From the NCBI GenBank assembly GCA_020636575.1, contig JACJXP010000001.1, forward strand, positions 670,050 to 734,049: a stretch of 64,000 nucleotides of DNA. Direction: 5' to 3'. Both the position numbers and the translations under genes were made by a program. This DNA comes from Chitinophagales bacterium. Lineage in GTDB: Bacteria; Bacteroidota; Bacteroidia; Chitinophagales; Chitinophagaceae. Below are positions 8,907-17,282 of the stretch, piece after piece (positions within the stretch are counted from its first letter, which is position 1; each line of letters starts with the position of its first letter). The notes beneath the pieces were generated by a model that was not told the origin of the DNA, ran no database searches, and worked only from the letters and a program-made list of their open reading frames with translations.

Positions 8907-10837
8907 TATGTAGAAGAGATCATAAGAGTGGTTCCCATACCTGTGGAAAGCCACTCAATCCTCCAGCCTTCTGCTCCACATCGCTTCTTCATATTTTCAA
9001 TTCCATTACTGTTCTTGACCCCGGAAAGTATTTCACCTGGTATCCCGGTTCCATTATCTGTTATAGTTACGATCCAGTTGGTCGTACTGCTGATCTTAAC
9101 AATGATCTTGCTTCCCCTGCTATGTTTAACTGCATTGTTAATGGCCTCCTGGATAATTCTGTAAAGATGAAAGGCTTCAGAAGAAGATAGCTCCTGATCA
9201 TTATCGATGCTCTCAAATACTTCAATTTTGATATGCGGATAACTGGGTTGTATCCGGTTTATAAAAACTTTTACCCTATCGCTGATAGCAGTTAATGAAA
9301 GTTCGTCTTTTTTCAAAACCCAGATCGTATCATTCAATTGTGAGATTATGGCCTGGGAATTATTCCGAAGCTCCCGGAAAGCATCTTTTTCTTTATCAGA
9401 TGTTTGCTGCAATTCTATTATATCAAGGTTCGAAGCCATTGAGGCTGCGTAAGCTCCCAGGTTATCATGCAGGTCGGCCGCAATCCTTCTTCGTTCATTT
9501 TCTTCTGCTTCCCTCACCGCCTGTTGTGCACTTCTTTTTTCATCTTCCCTAAGCCTTGCCAATTCGATCTTTTGCCTTTTTCTATAATTCCGGAAAATAA
9601 GGGAGGCCGCTGCTAAAACAATTATGGTCAATAACAAAGACCCATAAAAAAAATAATTCTTCCGGTTGAGGTCAAATTTCTGTTGAATGATCGTATTCTC
9701 CTTTTTTTGCAACTCATATTTCGTCTGCATTTCTGCTATTGCTTTAGCAGAATTTTTTTGATATATAGAATCCTTCAGAGAAACTATTTTTTCAAGAATT
9801 TCTGCATACTTAGTCTTATCCCCAAGCGCCTTATAATTCTCCGCCAATGTGCTGTATAGAAAAAGATATTTTGCTTCTATATTGAATTTCCTGGCTATTT
9901 CAATTCCTTCTGTAGTGATAGCTATGCCCTTTTCCGGTTGATTGTTATTGGCATAATACAATCCGAGTTGTGCCATATCAGAAACGATGTAAAAAGGATC
10001 GCCTATTTGTTTTCTTATAGAAACTGTTTCCCGTAAAGGTGCTTCTGCAAGACTTGCCTGCCCTGAACGAACATAGAGTTGGGCCTGTATTGCCAATGAG
10101 TTTGACAAGGCAAAAAGATCTTCATGTATCCTTGAATACCTGACAGCCTTTTCTATATAATAGAATGCAGAGTCTGTTTTACCCATTCCATTATAGTTCA
10201 GGGCAATGTTGGCAAAAAGGATACAATACTTACTCCTGAACTCTTCGTTATCAGGCGTATTCAATGCCAGTAAATGCCATTGCAATGCTTCTTCATTACG
10301 ACCCATCTCAAGATTCGCCCACCCAATAAGTGTTTTGCCCCGCATCTGCAATAGTGTGTCCCTGCTTTTTTCTCCGTCACTTATCACTTTATATCCCATT
10401 TCAATTGCATCACTATATTGATTTTTTCGCATAAAGCATCTGCCCTTTTGATTGTAAAGGGCAGCCATTAAAGCATAATCATTGCCCTCTTTTTCCAGCT
10501 TTTGCAGGCATTTATCTGCAATAGCAAGTGCTGAGTCAATTGAGCCATTATTCGTAAGTCCATACGCCTCGTAATACTCCGCTTTTAATTTTGCTGTTGT
10601 ATTAGCAAGTTTATCTGCTATTTGTTCTGTAATACGGGCATATTTAAGAAGGGTGTCTGCATGCAGATTATGTGCTTGTTCACAAAGAGATAATAATAGA
10701 AGCAGCTTTTGATTATCCGAACTGGCAGAACGAAACCTGGTTTTTAAATCCTCTATGGTTTGTGTTTGGGCATTCATCCTCCCACAACTGAGTATGAATA
10801 AAGCAAGAAAGAACAAACAAAGTTTCTGTTTCATCAA
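8906..10837 (-). CDS. TPR-repeat sensor histidine kinase (HisKA_3/NarX-like)
   Basis: Signal peptide, periplasmic TPR helices, one TM, ERRRIAADLHDNLG H-box, QEAINNAVKHS and DNGTG boxes. Confidence 0.9.
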   Translation of the reverse strand: MMKQKLCLFFLALFILSCGRMNAQTQTIEDLKTRFRSASSDNQKLLLLLSLCEQAHNLHADTLLKYARITEQIADKLANTTAKLKAEYYEAYGLTNNGSIDSALAIADKCLQKLEKEGNDYALMAALYNQKGRCFMRKNQYSDAIEMGYKVISDGEKSRDTLLQMRGKTLIGWANLEMGRNEEALQWHLLALNTPDNEEFRSKYCILFANIALNYNGMGKTDSAFYYIEKAVRYSRIHEDLFALSNSLAIQAQLYVRSGQASLAEAPLRETVSIRKQIGDPFYIVSDMAQLGLYYANNNQPEKGIAITTEGIEIARKFNIEAKYLFLYSTLAENYKALGDKTKYAEILEKIVSLKDSIYQKNSAKAIAEMQTKYELQKKENTIIQQKFDLNRKNYFFYGSLLLTIIVLAAASLIFRNYRKRQKIELARLREDEKRSAQQAVREAEENERRRIAADLHDNLGAYAASMASNLDIIELQQTSDKEKDAFRELRNNSQAIISQLNDTIWVLKKDELSLTAISDRVKVFINRIQPSYPHIKIEVFESIDNDQELSSSEAFHLYRIIQEAINNAVKHSRGSKIIVKISSTTNWIVTITDNGTGIPGEILSGVKNSNGIENMKKRCGAEGWRIEWLSTGMGTTLMISST

Positions 10838-10893
10838 TACTTTTTATTTCCTGCAGGCAATATCTTAAATATTTTAATATCTCCCCTGCTTGT

Positions 10894-10911
10894 AATACAA
10901 ATTGAGTATTT
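10894..10911 (+). promoter_or_regulatory. Putative response-regulator operator, copy B (AATAC-N7-GTATT palindrome)
   Basis: aatacaaattgagtattt in the divergent HK / FHA-protease intergenic region. Confidence 0.5.
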
Positions 10912-10996
10912 GTGACCGATCCCAGGCGGTCTAATATTGCCCTGTCATTTATCCTACCCTTCAGTAATCATTATTCTCTTAACCAAAAAAAATAAT

Positions 10997-12694
10997 ATGA
11001 GCCACACTATTGAAAGATATGTAATCAAACACATATCAGGAAGCAAAATCAACCAGGTTGAAGAGTTTGACTTCAGCAAAAATGAACTGACTATCGGCAG
11101 AGCTGCCGGTAGTGATATTCAGTTTGACCCTGAAAGGGAGGTAGTTGTAAGCCGTGAACACGGCAAGATCGTAAAAGAAAGCGATGACCCTCCGAAATTT
11201 ACAATTTCTGACAACAACAGTAGAAACGGAATTTTTGTAAACAAAGTAAGGGTAAAAGGAACAGTAGAGCTAAATCCAGGTGATGAAATTCAATTGGGAA
11301 GTAACGGACCTACTTTCTCTTTTGATATTTTCCCAAGACCCCAGGATATGATGGCGGCAACAAGAATGGTAGAAATCCCAACTTCCATCAAGCCTACTAC
11401 CATTTCACAAGTTGAAGAGGTTTCTGTTCCGGCTGTAGCCGAGCCTGTAAAAACAGGTTTGGGAAAGCAAACTGTTGAGAGAATGCTTGTGGCTGAAAGG
11501 AAAAAATCCTCCAATAGGATTTTTGCAGTTCTTGGGGGATTAGTTGTGGTACTGGGTATCCTTGGTTTTGTTTTTAAAGACTCGTTATTCGGCAAAAAAA
11601 GCACTACTGTTATTACTAATGTAGTAGGGGACACAACAAATAAAAACAAAAAAAATGTTTCTGCTATTTCAAAAGAAAATAAAGACCGTGTGGTAAAGAT
11701 TGAATTTTCATGGGAGCTTTATGATGCTACCAATGGAAAGCCGCTATGGCATGAATACATGTTGTATAAAGATAAAGCAGGGCAAACCCGCTATGCCGGC
11801 CTTTATATACAAAACTCGCAAGGCAGGATTGAACCATATATCGTTCCTGAAAGCGAAAATATTATTGGCATCCCCGTTGGTATGAACGGAGCTTCCGGAT
11901 CAGGATTCGTTGTTTCAGAAGATGGCTTTATTATGACCAATCGCCATGTAGCAGCTTCATGGAACACCTTGTATGATATATTCCCTTCTTCCACCTTCCC
12001 TGGCATACTTGTAGATGGAAACAAAAATGTTGTTAAAGATGCTTCAGGTAATCCTTACATGGTTTCCTATGGAGATGTATACGGCTGGGTTCCTGCCAAA
12101 TGTTCAATGATCAATGGCCGCTATGCGGAAGATGGAAAAGTTCAGGGCAGAAATAAATACATCAACGTAATATTCTCAGGTACCGCATTAAGAAGACCCG
12201 CCCAACTCACTACTGCTTCAGACAATCATGATGTGGCTTTGATCAAGGTAGAAATTCCCCAGGCTCTTTCACCAGTTAAGTTAAAAGATAATTATACTGA
12301 AATTGAGGAGGGAGACCCGGTAACTGTAATGGGCTACCCCGGTGTGGCTCCTGAACAATATGTTGTAAGGAAATCTAACGATCCTTTCAATACAAAAAGT
12401 GACTGGACCACAATTCCTACACCTACCGTTACCCCAGGAAATATTGGCCGTATCATCGAAGGCTCTTCTGAAAAAGATAATCTATACAGCAGTTTTGGTG
12501 ATTCTTACCAGTTAACCATTAATGCCACAGGTGGAGGCAATAGCGGCGGACCCATGTTTGATGATGAAGGAAATGTGATTGGGATTTATTATGCCGGAAA
12601 ATCAGATCAACAGGGAACAAGAATATCTTTTGCAGTACCTATTAAATACGGAATGGAATTAATGGGTATTAAGAAACTTACAAACAGACAATAA
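10997..12694 (+). CDS. FHA domain - TM - trypsin-like (S1C/HtrA-like, no PDZ) serine protease
   Basis: FHA motifs IGR, VSREH, NSRNG. One TM (IFAVLGGLVVVLGILGFVF). Catalytic triad TNRHV, HDVALIK, GGNSGGP. ATG at 10997 preferred over the track's TTG start at 10937. Confidence 0.9.
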   Translation: MSHTIERYVIKHISGSKINQVEEFDFSKNELTIGRAAGSDIQFDPEREVVVSREHGKIVKESDDPPKFTISDNNSRNGIFVNKVRVKGTVELNPGDEIQLGSNGPTFSFDIFPRPQDMMAATRMVEIPTSIKPTTISQVEEVSVPAVAEPVKTGLGKQTVERMLVAERKKSSNRIFAVLGGLVVVLGILGFVFKDSLFGKKSTTVITNVVGDTTNKNKKNVSAISKENKDRVVKIEFSWELYDATNGKPLWHEYMLYKDKAGQTRYAGLYIQNSQGRIEPYIVPESENIIGIPVGMNGASGSGFVVSEDGFIMTNRHVAASWNTLYDIFPSSTFPGILVDGNKNVVKDASGNPYMVSYGDVYGWVPAKCSMINGRYAEDGKVQGRNKYINVIFSGTALRRPAQLTTASDNHDVALIKVEIPQALSPVKLKDNYTEIEEGDPVTVMGYPGVAPEQYVVRKSNDPFNTKSDWTTIPTPTVTPGNIGRIIEGSSEKDNLYSSFGDSYQLTINATGGGNSGGPMFDDEGNVIGIYYAGKSDQQGTRISFAVPIKYGMELMGIKKLTNRQ

Positions 12695-12723
12695 AAAAGA
12701 ACAGTTCCGCAACCTACACTCGA

Positions 12724-13947
12724 ATGACAATGAGACATTCAGGTCTACTAGATAAAGAAGTTGCAGGATACCGCCTGATCAGTAAAATAGGATCAGGCGG
12801 TATGGGGACTGTTTATAGGGCCTATCATCCTTCTCTGAAAAGAGAAGCAGCCATAAAGATCCTTTTCCAGGAAGAATTTTCTGACAGGTTTAAGAACGAA
12901 GCAAGTATTCAGTCATCCGTAAAGCATGTTAACATAGCCCGCATGTATGACTATGTAACATTACCCGATCTGCAATGCATCATTATGGAATACATAGATG
13001 GTGATTCGCTAGATGCTTATATCAGGAAAAAAGGAAAGTTGTCAAGCAAGGAAACAGTAAGTGTGCTGCGGCAAGTATTATCTGCCATTATTTACCTGCA
13101 CAGCAGGGGTATTATACACAGGGATATCAAATCGCAGAATTTTAAGATCCAGAAAGATGGAGCAGTGAAAATGCTTGATTTTGGGATAGCCAAAGATAAA
13201 GACACTCCAAGATTTACCCGGCATGGCTTTATGGTAGGAACTACAGAATATATGGCTCCTGAACAATTCAACAATGAAGTTGAGAAATCATCTGATATAT
13301 GGAGCCTGGGAGTAATGACATATGAAATGGTGACCGGCTATTTACCTTTTGAAGCAAACAACCAGATCGAACTAAGGAACAAAATTTATAATTGTATCTA
13401 TACCAAACCTGAAATTCTGGCAAGTGATATTGACCCAGCGCTATTAAACTTTATTGAAAAAAGCCTGAAAGTAAACCCCCGCTCAAGGATCACAGCTAAA
13501 GAAGCATTATTACTCTTTGAACCGTATAAAAGCAAAATCTCTGAAAAGAAAAAAACCAATCCTTTCAAAAATATAACTCAAAATCAAAAATTCGGCGGCT
13601 GGATAATATTGTCCCTTTTTTTAGTAGTTGTATTGGTACTGGCCCTCTCAAAAGGAAATAATACAATTCCCGGGAAGCAGGAAAAAGAACAAACAAATAG
13701 CAACACCCAGGTCAATAAAAATGCAGATGATCTAAGAAGTGTAAAAATTGATGTGCCTGGTGTTGAAGATGCCAGGATCATCCTGGAAAATGGCCAAAGC
13801 ATAAAACTACCCTATGAAATAAAGGGTAAAAACGGAGAAAGCGTATCCTTTACAATCAAAGCAGATGGATACAAGGAAAAAAGGGTGGAGATGAAAATAA
13901 ATCATAGGCGCAACTCATACGATTATAACCTAGAAAAAAACAATTGA
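12724..13947 (+). CDS. Hanks-type Ser/Thr protein kinase with TM and PEGA-like C-terminal domain
   Basis: GSGGMGTVY, AAIK, HRDIKSQN, DFG, YMAPE, SDIWSLG. TM near aa 293-309. C-terminal FTIKADGYKEK PEGA-like motif. Confidence 0.9.
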   Translation: MTMRHSGLLDKEVAGYRLISKIGSGGMGTVYRAYHPSLKREAAIKILFQEEFSDRFKNEASIQSSVKHVNIARMYDYVTLPDLQCIIMEYIDGDSLDAYIRKKGKLSSKETVSVLRQVLSAIIYLHSRGIIHRDIKSQNFKIQKDGAVKMLDFGIAKDKDTPRFTRHGFMVGTTEYMAPEQFNNEVEKSSDIWSLGVMTYEMVTGYLPFEANNQIELRNKIYNCIYTKPEILASDIDPALLNFIEKSLKVNPRSRITAKEALLLFEPYKSKISEKKKTNPFKNITQNQKFGGWIILSLFLVVVLVLALSKGNNTIPGKQEKEQTNSNTQVNKNADDLRSVKIDVPGVEDARIILENGQSIKLPYEIKGKNGESVSFTIKADGYKEKRVEMKINHRRNSYDYNLEKNN

Positions 13948-13950
13948 TCT

Positions 13951-14844
13951 ATGTTTCTAAGAAAATTATTTGGCAGTAAAAAGAATAAAAAGACCGAGGA
14001 GAACACCCATGAGGTGATTGACTCCGGGAACATTCGGGTTGTGATACAATCAGATCTTGGAAATATCAGGCTTAACAATGAGGACCTGGGTATGTTTTTC
14101 AGGGTGGCGGATGAAAAGATCATCCGTGAAAAAGGATACCTGCTTATTGTGGCGGATGGGATGGGAGGTCACCAGGCCGGTGAAGTAGCAAGTAAAATGG
14201 CCACCGAAACGATCAGCCAGGAATATTTTAAAAAAGGAAATACTGCTAATACTGAAGCCATTCTTAAAAAGGCATTTGAGATCGCCAATAAAAATATTTT
14301 TAAAAAGGCCTCTACCGAAAAATCATATTACGGGATGGGTACAACCTGTACTGCTATCGCTGTCATTGATAAAAAAGTCTTTTTTGCCCATGTTGGTGAC
14401 AGCCGTGCCTACTTTATAAGGAAGAATAACATCCGGCAAATCACTACCGATCACACCTACGTTCAGGAACTGGTGAAAAGCGGGGAAATAACCCCTAAAG
14501 AAGCCGAAACACATCCTAAGCGAAATATCCTGACCAATGCAATGGGTACAAAACCAGACCTGCGTATTGATACCGGCAAATTTGAGTTTCCTTTTGAAAA
14601 AGGAGATAAACTCCTGCTTTGCTCAGATGGGTTATATGATTATATAGGTGATGAGGAAATGGCAAAAGTGCTGGGTGAGCATTCCTTGCAGGATGCTGCT
14701 GACTATATGATCAGTGAAACAAAGAAAAGAGGTGGGCATGACAATATTACCGTAGTACTTGCAGAAAAGATCGAAGTAGAAACAACAGCAAAAGAAACAA
14801 GGGACATAGACCTGCCCCTAACCAAAGAACATGATCTGTTATGA
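13951..14844 (+). CDS. PP2C/PPM-family Ser/Thr phosphatase (Stp1/PrpC-like)
   Basis: R..NED, VADGMGGHQAGEVAS, MGTT, HVGDSRAY, LCSDGL, GGHDNITV. Confidence 0.95.
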   Translation: MFLRKLFGSKKNKKTEENTHEVIDSGNIRVVIQSDLGNIRLNNEDLGMFFRVADEKIIREKGYLLIVADGMGGHQAGEVASKMATETISQEYFKKGNTANTEAILKKAFEIANKNIFKKASTEKSYYGMGTTCTAIAVIDKKVFFAHVGDSRAYFIRKNNIRQITTDHTYVQELVKSGEITPKEAETHPKRNILTNAMGTKPDLRIDTGKFEFPFEKGDKLLLCSDGLYDYIGDEEMAKVLGEHSLQDAADYMISETKKRGGHDNITVVLAEKIEVETTAKETRDIDLPLTKEHDLL

Positions 14845-16601
14845 TTGGACAACATATACTGAATTATGAAATAACTGAGCGCCTGGGAGAAGGTGGCATG
14901 GGTGTAGTATATAAAGCCACAGATGTTTTGTTGGGAAGAGAAGTGGCACTTAAAATGCTGCACACCCCGTTGATCAATCAATCCCAGTTCCTTGAAAGGT
15001 TTAAGAAAGAAGCCAGGATACTTGCGCAGTTATTACACCCGAACATAGCTGTCATTTACAATTTTGTAGAACAGGATAGCAACCATTACATGGTAATGGA
15101 GTATGTACATGGAAAAACATTAGACGGCTTACTTCATCAACAAAAGATACTTTCATGTGAGGCCATTATTCCCGTTTTTATCCAAACCCTTGAAGGCTTG
15201 CAGCATGCACATAAAAAAGGCATCTTCCATCGGGATATTAAACCATCAAACATTATACTAGCTGAAGATGGAACAATTAAGCTGATGGATTTTGGAATCG
15301 CAAAAATGGCAGGTGAGCAACGAATTACGCAGGTAAACCGGGTAGTAGGCACTGTAGAATACATGGCCCCGGAACTCATCCAGGGTAAAGATCCTTCCGC
15401 CGCATCTGATCTATATGCTGTTGGAGTAACCATGTATGAGCTTCTTACCGGAAAGCTTCCTTTTGAAAACAGCACTGATTTCAATCTCATGCAGGAGATA
15501 CTCAAGAAAAAACCGCTTTCTCCTGAAAAATTAAACAGTGCAATCCCTAAATCTTTAGCCAATATCATTAACAAGTCACTGGAAAAAAAACCCGAGAACA
15601 GGTTTAAAAATGCAAAAGAATTTCAGCAGGCATTAATAATGGCATTTCCCGAGCTGGCAGATCTAAATATTAATGATGTACTAAGACCTCCCGTTGCTGA
15701 GATGAAAGCCACTCAAATTATTAGCGCCGGGGGCATAAACACCGGTACCGGAAATATGCAGGCAACCCGGATAGAAACCTATACAAAGCCAGTTACGTTA
15801 TTACAAAACATAAAAACAAAAATCCTTTCTAAAGAAAAGCGCCCCATTGTATTGGCAGCTATTGGAACCGCCCTTATTGCAATCGTCCTGCTAGCTGTTT
15901 TTACCGGCAAATCAAAGAACACACTTGCAGATATTCCGGGCATACAGAACACAAACGATCCCGCTAACCAAAATGATCCCGGTAATAATACAACGGACGA
16001 TCAAAATGGATACGGCAATAATAATGTCTCCCCTGTCAATCCTAATGAGAATGAACAGGGAAGAATTATAATACCAACAAATACGACTCCAAGCGAATCA
16101 GAAGAAAAAAAGAAAGAAACCAAGGAGAAGAAAACCAGGGATACAGAAACCTCCAAAGAACCTGATACTAATAAAAAAGAAGAAACCAAAAGCCCCCCAG
16201 ACAATACTAAAACAGACCCTCCTAAAGAACCAGAAAAGAAAGAAGAAACTACACCTGCTAAATCGAAAGTGATCTTTATTGAAGACAGATTAGAGGTGCC
16301 CCTTTATCTTCAGAATTCAATTGACCCGTCCACCGCAAGAGAAGGTCAGTCATTAAAATTCTCCGTAACCAGGTCCATTTCTTATAAAGGAGAAACAATC
16401 ATTAACAAAGGCGCCGCTGCCAATGGAAAGATCACAAAAGTGAGTAAAAGAAAAATAGCTGTCGTTATTGACAATGTGCAGGCAGCAAGCGGGCAATACA
16501 TTCCTTTACAGGATATAGAATTGAGCGGAAGAATAGAAGAGATCTCTTCCAACAGGAATTATACAGCCAAATTAAAGAAAGGTGGTATCATAAAATTTTA
16601 A
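14841..16601 (+). CDS. Hanks-type Ser/Thr protein kinase with TM, long low-complexity linker and C-terminal beta domain
   Basis: GEGGMGVVY, VALK, HRDIKPSN, DFG, YMAPE. TM IVLAAIGTALIAIVLLAVF. N/P/E/K/T-rich linker. ATGA overlap with the PP2C gene. Confidence 0.92.
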   Translation: MIGQHILNYEITERLGEGGMGVVYKATDVLLGREVALKMLHTPLINQSQFLERFKKEARILAQLLHPNIAVIYNFVEQDSNHYMVMEYVHGKTLDGLLHQQKILSCEAIIPVFIQTLEGLQHAHKKGIFHRDIKPSNIILAEDGTIKLMDFGIAKMAGEQRITQVNRVVGTVEYMAPELIQGKDPSAASDLYAVGVTMYELLTGKLPFENSTDFNLMQEILKKKPLSPEKLNSAIPKSLANIINKSLEKKPENRFKNAKEFQQALIMAFPELADLNINDVLRPPVAEMKATQIISAGGINTGTGNMQATRIETYTKPVTLLQNIKTKILSKEKRPIVLAAIGTALIAIVLLAVFTGKSKNTLADIPGIQNTNDPANQNDPGNNTTDDQNGYGNNNVSPVNPNENEQGRIIIPTNTTPSESEEKKKETKEKKTRDTETSKEPDTNKKEETKSPPDNTKTDPPKEPEKKEETTPAKSKVIFIEDRLEVPLYLQNSIDPSTAREGQSLKFSVTRSISYKGETIINKGAAANGKITKVSKRKIAVVIDNVQAASGQYIPLQDIELSGRIEEISSNRNYTAKLKKGGIIKF

Positions 16602-16615
16602 TCAAAAAACAAAAG

Positions 16616-17245
16616 ATGATGAAAAAAACACTGTTAATCGCATTCCTTTTTCCTATCTGTACATTGAAAGCACAAATTAAAGAACGTTCCGCCATAAGCG
16701 GTTTTAATATAGCAGCTGATGTTCATGTATTGGGCTGGGCCTCTACCTATTTTCAATACCTGGATAAAAACTCACCCACCGGATTCGGCGGGGGATTCCG
16801 CATAGGTTATGGTATTAATGAAATGTTTGAACCATACGCTGAATTTAATGCAACCTCGCTGAGTACTGCAGATATTGACGCACAATCCTTCACCATGACA
16901 CATTTTGATGCCGGACTGAGGATCAACTTAGCAGGAAATGTACACCCAGTTAGGCCTTTTATTGAAGGTGGCTATACCTACCTGAGAGGAAGTGCAAAAC
17001 AAGTAATCAACGGAAACGATCATGTTGATCTTGTATTTTATGGTGGGAAGCCTCATGTTGGAGGCGGCTTAAGATACTTCTTCAAGATCCCTATGTCCGT
17101 TTTTGCAAGAGGGATATTTACTGTTGGCAAAAAATCAAATGCCACATTAGACGGAACAGAAATTTCTGATAAACCAGATGTAACAACTTTTCGTATCAGT
17201 GCTGGATTTAATCTTAACCTGACCAAACTTTCAAAAAGTAAGTAA
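16616..17245 (+). CDS. Outer-membrane beta-barrel protein (8-stranded OmpA/OmpW-like)
   Basis: Signal peptide and alternating amphipathic strands (GFRIGY, RPFIEGGYTY, GGGLRYFF, FRISAGFNLNL). Confidence 0.75.
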   Translation: MMKKTLLIAFLFPICTLKAQIKERSAISGFNIAADVHVLGWASTYFQYLDKNSPTGFGGGFRIGYGINEMFEPYAEFNATSLSTADIDAQSFTMTHFDAGLRINLAGNVHPVRPFIEGGYTYLRGSAKQVINGNDHVDLVFYGGKPHVGGGLRYFFKIPMSVFARGIFTVGKKSNATLDGTEISDKPDVTTFRISAGFNLNLTKLSKSK

Positions 17246-17282
17246 TTCTTTTTGTAGGATACAAATAATAAAATTTTTATAA

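Noticed and set aside
13110-13145. HRDIKSQN (Ser in place of the usual Pro) suggesting a pseudokinase
   Set aside because: The catalytic Asp, Lys and Asn, the VAIK-type Lys, DFG and APE are all intact.
15930-16260. Apparent tandem repeats in kinase 2
   Set aside because: Protein-level low complexity (N/P/E/K/T linker), not a regular DNA repeat or a CRISPR array.
10997-16601. Reading the kinase/PP2C/FHA genes as a T6SS regulatory cassette or a TerY-P triad
   Set aside because: No T6SS structural genes (Hcp, VgrG, sheath) and no vWA/TerY gene in the window.
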